From Octopus vulgaris (taxonomy: Eukaryota): a DNA stretch of 64,000 nucleotides. The position numbers and the translations under genes are program-made. Of the stretch, positions 53,921 to 64,000 are shown piece after piece. Location of the stretch: the NCBI GenBank assembly GCA_951406725.2, contig OX597818.1, forward strand, positions 129,456,001 to 129,520,000. Direction: 5' to 3'. The notes below the pieces were generated by a model. That model ran no database searches and was not told the DNA's origin. It was given only the letters and a program-made list of their open reading frames with translations. Within the stretch, counting starts at the first letter, position 1; every line of letters begins with the position of its first letter.

Positions 53921-54605
53921 AGGTGCAGACATGACTATAGGGTTAAGAAGCTTAATTAGCAACGACTTAGCATCAGGTTCAGTCCCACTATGTGATACTT
54001 TGTGTCAGTTTCCTCTTTGAGAACATTTGGCTAACAAATGCATTGTGAGTGAATTTGGTAGTTAAACTGTGTGGAATTTCATTTTACATATATAATATGC
54101 ATAGATATATATATATATATCAACAATCAAGGAACGGCCATAATAGGCCATTCACCCACTAGAAATAACAGCCAAAGCTTCAACCGCAAATAAAAATTAA
54201 AAATTAATTCCGTAAACCAGGAGAAAATTTAAAAAACATTTACCCTGTAATTACAGGGTAAATGTTTTTTAAATTTTCTCCTGGTTTACGGAATTAATTT
54301 TTATTTGCGGTTGAAGCTTTGGCTGTTATTTCTAGTGGGTGAATGGCCTATTATGGCCGTTCCTTGATTGTTGATGTTGAACTTAAAAATGGTCTATGAC
54401 TATTTAATTTTTTCCCACTAGGCCGCTGGTGGCAAAAGAATTCTACAAAATTTTTTTTGCCACCCTATATTGATTAATTATATATATATATATATATATA
54501 TTTGTGTGTGTGTGTGTCTTTGATTCTGTCCTTCCCACCCCCATCACTTGACAACTAGTATTGGTTATTTTATACCTCTGTAATTAAGTGGTTAGACAAA
54601 AGAGC
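53921..54605 (+). mobile_element. Old SINE B whose internal (TA)n hosts a roughly 360-bp insertion containing a long palindrome
   Basis: B 5' half at 53921-54085 and 3' half at 54500-54605. Confidence 0.7.
54119..54375. repeat. Near-perfect spacerless palindrome, 257 bp, centre 54250|54251
   Basis: Arms are exact complements by eye except a 7-bp AAAAATT-type duplication in the left arm. Confidence 0.95.
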
Positions 54606-57006
54606 CCTTTCCTACCCCCACATAAAAACAAACAAACAAATAAAACTCAAAAATGAATAGAATACAAAATTCAGAGAAATTCACTTGATAAATTGCAAGA
54701 GAATAAACACACAAGATGCAAACAGGAATTCTTTTGATGAGAAGCTATTTTTAAAACAAGGCTAAACTTTGTTTCTCACATAGAAAAATGTTTAGTTCCA
54801 CGTTTTGACTCCTCAACTCAAAGGGACAACACTATTTGCACTGTGGTTACATGCAGTTAAGAATTTGGTGACAGGTGAGGATATTTGCTGTGTAGGACTT
54901 TAAGGGTTAAATTTTGTGTCAACAAACTGGTCAGAATTAAAGAAAATCTAATGTAAAATACCACTAGGAGTGCATTGGCAGAACTGTTAAAGCATTGAAC
55001 TGAAGTTTTTTTGTGGTAGTTCTTCCAGCTCTGTTTATTGTGAGTTCAAATCTCACAACATCACTGAAAATCAATGACACTTCAGTCAGGTGTTTCTACT
55101 GAAAGTCGGTATCAACAATTTGAAAAATCAATGAAAATATTGTTTACCTGGTTTAATTAAAGCTCAACTACCACCACCAAATATACCATAACTGTGATGT
55201 CCTATCTTTAAATAAACAGCTGTAACAGACACAATTTTCCCATAACAAAGATGTTAGACATGCTAGTTATTTCGTTTAATTAATTATTAAAATTTCTAAA
55301 ACAATAAATGTCATTGGTTTATGTTTCTAATGGACCAGTCACTGGTTCATTGCTTTTCTGATGGAGAAAGTGGTGAGTGTCAGCAACTCAATGCAAAACA
55401 AATATCTCAAAGAATTTTTAAAATAAAAGCATTTTTTTTTTTTGGTTTTCTTGATAATGCTTGCATCATTTACTGAATGTGACACACACACACACACACA
55501 CACACACATTATCATGATTATTATTGTCTCAATGTCCATTTTTTTTTATGCTTGCATGAATCAGACGAAATTTGCTCAGCCAAGTTTTCTTCAGCTGGGT
55601 ATTCTTCTAATTAGCAATCCTCTCACTTGTTTGCCATCAAAGTAATATTTTCCCTTATCCTTTAAATAACACACACCTCATTGGGTTGATATGATTTCAT
55701 AGATTTCAAACAAATGGCACTATTTGTATGAATGGTAACTTTGCTCACAGTCAGAACACAAATATCAAAATGAGGGAAGATACATAGACACACACACACA
55801 CTCTTTCTTTCACTCTCTCACATACATATACATAAAGATATACGTATATGTGACAAATTTCTTACAAGGCATTTGTTAGTCCAGGGATATAGTAAAAAAG
55901 GGCTTGCTCAAGTTGCCATGCTGTGGGGCAGGCACAGATATAGAGTATCTAGGATTACATTACCAAATGAGTCCTTCCATTTTTTATTAAGATGCAAGAG
56001 TATGATTTTGAGGAGACTTGGTTGTTTTTGACAGATAGCACAACCAAGTAGAAGATCTTTCATTGACTTGTTGTTATTGTTGTCTTTGATGAAGAGATGG
56101 TTTGGGCTGGAATGCTTTTGATCATGAATCATCTCAATCAGGACTGACCTGCAGCACCCAAATGCTTTTGCTAAGGGACCAATTCATGTGTAATGCCAAG
56201 CATAGGAACATGAAGGATGAGGTTAAAAGACTGGAAATTTTTAATTAGTCTAGCAGTAACTAATTTAAGATAATTAGATATGTAAGGACCGATGAAGATT
56301 TACAGATGTGTCCAGCTCATAGCAAAAATTTACAAAAAGATGCAAGTTAAATTATGATGATGATGATGATGATGTGGAGGAGGAAGACAATGCTGATGAT
56401 AATGGTGATGAAGATCATGATAACGGCAGTTCTAACTAGATTCTACAGCCATCACTCATAAACAGGTATGACTTGTTTTCATGTAACCAAGCTTTTTTGT
56501 GCCTATGTCATTGCAAACGGACAGAGACACTTTCTTACTCCTCACATACTGGATTAAGTGAAACATCATGGATGTGGTAGCCAAAAGGAGAGAGAGAGAA
56601 AGCTGCACTGGTACACAGTTATGTAGACTGGAGCAATGTGAAATGAAGTGCCTTGCTCAAAAACACAATGCACTGCTTGGTATAGGAATCGAATCCTTGA
56701 ACATATGACTATGAGCTCAACATCACTAAACCATGCCCCTTCACAAACCAGTTACCAATAGCAGTGATGATGATCTTCTATAGACTGACACATGTTAGAT
56801 AGAATGATGGATGTGCCATATAACCTGTTTATTATACAATTTGTGTATCATTGTTCTATGACAATGTCTTTTCAAGCTAACAAAACCTGGAGTAGGGCGG
56901 TGGGGGTGGGGGGTCACAACTCCTTGAAAGGATAGTGTGGCCATTAGGGTGTTTGCCCTCCCTCACCTTAAAATAGAAGATTCATTTGGGATTCTCAGCC
57001 GTAGTT

Positions 57007-57042
<36 letters not shown>

Positions 57043-57705
57043 ATAACAGCTATATACACATTCACTATATTTTGATCCTACAGTGGCAGCTAAGCTTCTC
57101 AACATGTGGGACTAACCCCTGAGAAGGGAGTAGGAGAAGCAACCTTAGAGGTCCCCTCTGCACCTTGAGGAAAGACCAGTAAAAGCATCATGATGATGAT
57201 GAAGATGCTATTGATGATGATAAAATGTGATGGCAGTAGGGGTGGTGATGGTGACGTTTTATTTCAAGTTATGGACATATGCAAGTATGTTGTCATATAG
57301 AGCCATCCAACCTATGACATTGATTAAAAACCTGAAGAGACTTTCAACTGATGGGGGATGTGGATTATCATGTGAAAGGGGGTAGTGATGACAATAATGA
57401 AAGCAAAGTGAGACCACACATATACATACACACAAGTATCCACATACAAAAATATATGCATACACACTCACACACACAGATATATATACACATACAAACA
57501 ATAAATATGTACACAAGCATATGCACACATACACATAAACACACAGGTATACATGTACAAATATATATATATATATATACATGCAAAATCAAAAAAATTA
57601 AGAAAAACTATTGAAAAATCAAATTTTAACTCAGTGTTGACAACATAATACAACTAGACTTCCGATTCGATTTGAAAACAGAAAGAAATGACGATAACTA
57701 TGAAC

Positions 57706-57753
<48 letters not shown>

Positions 57754-58366
57754 CAACAACAACAACAATAATAAATTTCTTTTATTTTCATTAAAAAAAT
57801 TAATTTCAAAATAATTTTATTTCTTTGTTTTTTTGTATGTTTTTAAAAATAATAATGATGATGATGCTAAAGAAGTTGATAATAAAAAAAAAACAAAACA
57901 TCACCAGAACCATCACTTTTGACTAGAATGACTATAGTTACTAATAATACTAATAAACAGAGAATTATAGAATTACAGAGGTGAAGACGATTTGTACCGA
58001 GCTTGTTAATATGACTTTGTTTTTAAAACAAATAAATGTATGATAACAACCACCAAGTAATACAAGAAAATTGCATTGAGGAAAAATACATAAAATAAAT
58101 AAGAAAAAACCTTTTAAAATCCATTCATTACATATGACAAGAGAGGTATTGAAAAAATCCAAAAAAAAGTTTTATTATTGTTGTTGGTATTGTTTATTTT
58201 GTTGTCAGTATTATTTTCATTGCTGTAGTTACAGTAATTATCACTATTATCATCATCATCATCACCTTCATAATTATCACTATTTTATAAAAAAAAATTA
58301 ACAAAAATTAGTCACACATATATGCTGGTGCGTATGTGTAAGTATACACACACATCTATCTATCTA

Positions 58367-58420
<54 letters not shown>

Positions 58421-59900
58421 AACACATAAAAATATAAACATAAACACACACACAAATATAAATGACTATATATATATATATACATACATACATACACGCA
58501 GACACACATATACACAATGTGAGTATGTGTGTGAGTGCATATGTTTCTCTCTCTCTCTCTCTCTCTTTCTGTATATGTATGTATGTATATATATATAAGT
58601 ATACATTTACATGTATACATATACACACACACACATGTACATACACACACATGTACATACACACACATACACGTTTGTTTGTATGCCTATATGTGCATAA
58701 GTGCCTTGTCTGTGACACGTATATGGATGAGAAAATGTATTATAACACCACAAGTACTGATTCTTACTTTGACAAATCAGCTTTCAATCTTAAAGGCCCC
58801 TATCTACTTCATATCTCTAAAGTTTTGTTTTTGAAAAAAAAAAGACAAAAAAAAAACAAAAAGAAACAAAGAAAATCTACCAAACTGTCAAATGAGTACT
58901 TAAAAAAACATGATTTAGAAACAAAAAAAATGCTGTTTTTTTTCCTTTTCACTTTAAAATCAACATTAACAAAATAGAATAGAGTTTGTTTTTTTTTCCA
59001 TTGATTTAAAAGTGCCATATCATTTATGATAGTTTTGAAATAAATAAAAAACTAGGAATATATGCATACATATATGTATATAGTATGTGCAAACACAATG
59101 TAAATACATACACAAATGCACACGTACATACACATAATTAAATGAAATAAATTTAATGTTTAAAAACTTCTAAAATCAGGGGTAATAAGAAATAATAAAG
59201 AAAGGAACATATAACATATAATATACATAAGCGCATACACATAGTTACATACATAAAATATACATGTGTGTAAATGTATAAACAAACACACACACACACA
59301 TATATATATATATACACAAACACACAAATAAGTATATATATATATATACAAATAAATATATATATATACAAATAAATATATCTATATACAAATATAGATA
59401 TATATACAATTAAATATATACACACACATATATTTTTATATGTATGCAAACAAATATATACATATATACAAATAAATATATACACATATATATTCAAATA
59501 AATATAAACATATATATATATATACAAATAAATATATATATATATACTAATAAATATATACATATATAATATAAGTATATTCATACACATATACATACAT
59601 ACATTTCCACATACACCTAATTGAAAAATTTATTATGCAATGAAATAATAAACAAAAATAGTCTCACACGAAGCAAAAACAAAACATAAATATAAAGCAT
59701 TCAAAAAGAAGTCCTAAAATTATTATTAGTATTAAGATGACTAAATGATAATGATGATAATGATGATAATGATGATAATGATGATGATGTGGTGAGTCAG
59801 TGGTGGTGGTGTTGGAAATTGGTTTGAAATGATGGTGACAGTGAAAATATTCCTACATTAAGTACTATGACACAAACTATTTCAAACCCCTAAACTGGAT

Positions 59901-60410
59901 TGTTGTTTTATGTTATGAGGAAGAATGCTAGTTAAAATAATAATTGAAGTGGTCTAATACTTCGTACCCAGGCACATTAATTTTTGATGAAGAGCCTATT
60001 GCTCAAATAATCAAACTTATTTTCTCCTGTTGTTTTATGTTATGAGGAAGAATGCTAGTTAAAATAATAATTGAAGTGGTCTAATACTTCATACCCAGGC
60101 ACATGAAATTTTTGATGAAGAGCCTATTGCTCAAATAATCAAACTTATTTTCTCCTGTTGTTTTATGTTATGAGGAAGAATGCTAGTTAAAATAATAATT
60201 GAAGTGGTCTAATACTTCGTACCCAGGCACATTAATTTTTTATGAAGAGCCTATTGCTCAAATAATCAAACTTATTTTCTCCTGTTGTTTTATGTTATGA
60301 GGAAGAATGCTAGTTAAAATAATAATTGAAGTGGTCTAATACTTCATACCCAGGCAAATTAATTTTTGATGAAGAGCCTATTGCTCAAATAATCAAACTT
60401 ATTTTCTCCT
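59901..60410. repeat. Tandem array, 4 x 127-128 bp
   Basis: Units start at 59901, 60028, 60156 and 60283. Confidence 0.95.
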
Positions 60411-60664
60411 AGTAACTAAATATATTTAAAATTACTTCACTTCCGCTTTAAATATTTTCTACTAATAAGGATCCTTACAGGGTTCCTTCAATTTAGGGTT
60501 TTATTTTATGTTATTGGCAGATAGTTTATTTTACTGACACTGGCACAATTTGAACTCAGAATGTAAATACTTGTAACTAATTACTACACAATTTTGACAA
60601 TGGCAATCCATCATTTAACCAGTCTGACACTAACAGCCATCATGATAATATTGATAATAATAAT

Positions 60665-61470
60665 GTTTCCAAATTTTGGCCCGTGGTCAATAATTTTCAG
60701 AAGGGAGGAAGTTGATTACCTCAAACCCATTGCTCAAGTGGTACTGATTTTATCAACTTTGAACTGATGAAAGGCATAGCTGACTGCAGCAGAATTTGAA
60801 CTCAGAATGTAAGGCCAGAAGAAATGCTGTTAAGCATATTATCTAGTGTGCTAACAATTCTGCAAGCTCACCACCTTAATAATAATGGTAAAAATAATAA
60901 AGATTTCAAATTTTGGCATAAGGCCAGCAATTTCAGAGGAGGGGATAAGTTGATTACTTTGACCCCAGCACTCAACTGGTACTTGTTTTATCGACCCTGA
61001 AAGGACGAAAGGCAAAGTCTACTGTGGCAGAATTTAAACTCAGAAGTTAAAGATGAACAAAATGTTGCAAAGCATTTTCCCCAATGTGTTAAGGATTCTG
61101 CCAGCTTGCCGCCTAAATAATAATAATAATAATAATGATGACGACGACGACGATGATGATGATGGTGGTGGTGGTGGTGATGGTAGTGGTGATAGTGATG
61201 ATGGTGGTGATGATGATAATGATGATGAGGAAGAGGAGGATGATGATGATGACAGTAATCCTTTCTACTAAAGGCACTAGGTCTGAAATTTGGGGGTAGG
61301 AATTAGTCGATTACATCAATGCCAGTGTTTCACTGGTACTTAATTTATCGACCCTGAAAGGATGAAAGGTAAAGTCGATCCCAGTGGAATCTGAACTCAG
61401 AATGTAAAGATTGATGAAATGCTGCTAAGCATTCTTCCCAGCATGCTAATGATTCTACCAGCTTATCAGC

Positions 61471-61506
<36 letters not shown>

Positions 61507-62430
61507 TTTCAAATTGTAGCACAAAGCTGGAAATTTTAAGGAGAGAGAGGTTTTAGTAGTAACATTGCTCCCAGTGCTTGACAGGTATATCATTTCATTA
61601 ACCTTCCAAGAATGACAGGTGAAGGTGACTTCAGAAAGATTTGAATTTAGAATATAAAGACTTAAAGGAAATAGTGCCAATGCTCTAGCAGTTCTGTCAA
61701 TTCACAAGAATAATTTCTAATATACATGACCATAAAAATTTTGAGGGGAGAGGTTATTCAATGAAATTACTCCCAATAACTAACTGATTCTTTTTTGAAG
61801 TGATTGAAAGTGAAATTGGTCTCAGTAAGATTTGAACTCACTATGTAAATAACTGTGGAGGTGCAATGGCCTAGTGGTTAGGGCAGCGGACTCACGGTCA
61901 TAGGATCGTGGTTTCGATTCCCAGACCAGGCATTGTGAGTATTTATTGAGCTCCACGAGGGTCCAAAGCTCCACGAGGGTCCGGCAGGGCGGTGGCGATC
62001 CCTGCTGTACACTTTCGCCACAACTTTCTCTCACTCTTTCTTCGGTTGGCCTGCTTGCTTAGCCAGCGGGGTGGCGTCATTTGAAGGCTAAAACAATGTG
62101 AAGCGCATTGTGACCAGCGATGTGTAACAACATCTGATAGCCTGGTCGGTCGCGGTGATCGGTGATCAGTGATGTAAATAACTAGAACAAACACCATAAT
62201 ACTTTAATGATTTGGTCAACCTATGACATTTAATTGTAACTGGTTTAGACACAAAACGTCACTTTGAGGAGAATTGTTAGTCAATATCATTGGCACCATC
62301 CACTCCCAGAATTTAACTGGTATTGTATTTTACTGAACTGAGACGTGTGGAAGGTGAAATTGTGAGTGAAATTTTTGTAAGATTTGAACTCAGAATGGTA
62401 AGCATCAAATGTTTTGACGTGCTAATCTTT
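60665..62430 (-). mobile_element. Cluster of at least 5 co-oriented SINE family C copies separated by (AAT)n/(GAT)n
   Basis: Units near 60665, 60903, 61258, 61505, 61715 and 62245, each with GAATTTGAACTCAGAA-like motifs. Confidence 0.8.
61855..62171 (+). mobile_element. SINE family A, tail type i, nested in an old family C copy
   Basis: 12-bp TSD ATGTAAATAACT at 61843-61854 and 62172-62183. Confidence 0.92.
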
Positions 62431-62504
62431 CTGTAAATAATGTTTTTAACCTTATAATAAAATTCTCAACATGGTAATAATAATGTCATCTTAGTTACTA
62501 CAGT

Positions 62505-62511
62505 AGAAGAA

Positions 62512-62543
<32 letters not shown>

Positions 62544-62770
62544 AAACGAAGAAGAAGATGAAGAAGAAGAAATTGAAGAAGAAGAAAAAGAAGAAGAAGA
62601 AAAAGATGAAACAGAAGAAGATGAAAAAGAAGAAGAAAAAGAAGAAGAAAAAGAAGATGAAACAGAAGAAGAAGAAAAAGAAGATGAAAAAGAAGAGGAA
62701 GCAGAAGAAGAAGAAGAAGAAGAAGAAGAAGAAGAAGAAGAAGAAGAACAACAACAACAACAACAACAAA
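62505..62770. repeat. (GAA)n-rich polypurine tract followed by (CAA)n
   Basis: Direct inspection. Confidence 0.95.
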
Positions 62771-63432
62771 AGTATATTAAAATGGGAGTATCTGGTATTT
62801 AAAGAAAGTTGAGGAATTGAATCAAAGCAGAAAATATTATTTTTGCATTAAAAAAAAAAGGAATACTTGATTTGAAAACGAACAGGTTCAGAGAGAATAT
62901 AAAAACATTTTATTCCTTCTCTCTCTCTCTCTCTCTCTCTGTTTTTGTCTCCATCTCCCTTCAAGTGTCTTGTTCTCAATGTCCCCCACCCCACCCCTAC
63001 AGTCACATATTCATACACACGAATATCCAAATGGAATACAAGGAATCTATAAATAAATATACATTTCATAATATTAATTATAATTTGAACAGTGAGTGGC
63101 AGAATTATAAGAGTAGTGGACAAATTGACTACCAGCACTTAATTACCTCCTTTTCATATCCTGGTTTCAAGTCCTGCCAACATTGGATTTATTCTCCTCA
63201 GAAGCCCAGTTTTTAATTAGTAAATTATGACTATTATCTAGTACTAGTATTCTTATTGATGAATTTAGGGCTGCCTTAGCAGTATTGTAGGCTCTTGGAC
63301 AAACCAATGCCTTGGGTTCAATAGCATTTATTTATTGTCAGCAAGCCACAAAATGCATAAATCAGAACTTGGTCCCTAGACCTGTGAGGTCCCTTAGCAG
63401 TGACCCAGTGTGCCCATGTCTTCGGACAGTCC

Positions 63433-64000
63433 AGGTACGGCTGTGTGGTAAGAAGCTTGCTTTCCAGCCTTATAGTTCTGAGTTCAGTCCCAATGTGTGG
63501 CACCTTGGGCAAGGGTCGCCTATGGTAGCCTTGGGTTGACCAAAGTCTTGTGAGTGGCTCAGGTAGATGGAAACTGAAAGAAACTCATTATACCACCACC
63601 GCTGCCACCACCAGCACCATCGTTTAACGTCCACTTTCCATGCTGGCATTGGTTTGTACGGTTTGACTGAGCTGAAATTTACAGCAAAGCAAAAGATGAA
63701 GACAGGTGTATGAACAACAAACAGGTGTATTAGTTTGATACTTGGGAAAGTGAGTCTTTTACATTTCGAGCCTATGCTCTTCAACAGAAAGGAATAAGAG
63801 AAAATAAACAGAGAGAGAATAAAAGAACTTGTGGATTTAGTGATCAAGCATATGTATATATGCATGTGTATATCTTTATGTGTGTGTGTCTTTGTGTCTG
63901 TGTTTGTCCCACCACCACTGCTTGAAACCAGTGTTGTTCTGTTTGTGTCCCCGTAACTTAACAGTTTGGCAAAAGAGACCGATAGAATAAGTACCACATT
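63433..64000 (+). mobile_element. SINE family B interrupted by family D and Penelope-like fragments (about 63590-63850)
   Basis: B 5' half at 63433-63588 and 3' half at 63860-64000. Degenerate hammerhead on the minus strand at 63756-63791. Confidence 0.75.

Noticed and set aside
59901-60410. CRISPR-like appearance of the tandem array
   Set aside because: Whole units repeat with no unique spacers; eukaryotic context, no cas genes.
62558-62812. Poly-Lys ORF
   Set aside because: (GAA)n microsatellite.

Overview
Eukaryotic, AT-rich, extremely microsatellite- and SINE-dense animal DNA. The tRNA-derived SINE families and the (AT)n/(AC)n/(AAT)n/(CAC)n load point to an octopus (cephalopod) genome; this is inferred from repeat content. 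The only host coding sequence I can support is two minus-strand internal exons (9910-10005 and 5180-5283). They splice in frame to VPYRLLIFNLIKDVEVCLLCGSSPTLGKLEKE|ITRFWKPALDTLKSVRQVFPRNFQITSSIDPNILG, which matches the middle of Fuzzy (FUZ/CPLANE3). I found no further FUZ exon, so the rest is most simply read as intron, with more than 54 kb upstream of the 10005 exon. The intron holds four SINE-like families with nested insertions, an R4/Dong-like LINE beside a (TAA)n tract, RTE and CR1 fragments, a full-length Tc1-like element with D-36-E spacing, a maT-like remnant, mariner and hAT MITEs, a head-to-tail Helitron dimer, Penelope-type termini with minimal hammerhead motifs, several long fold-back palindromes and a 127-bp tandem array. 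Almost all ORFs in the supplied track are microsatellite or SINE artefacts. I see no convincing wholly new biological system. The best leads are the modular SINE tails, the hammerhead and palindrome elements, inverted SINEs bracketing the FUZ exons and a possible antisense spliced transcript. Repeat boundaries were read by eye and are approximate unless TSDs or TIRs are quoted.
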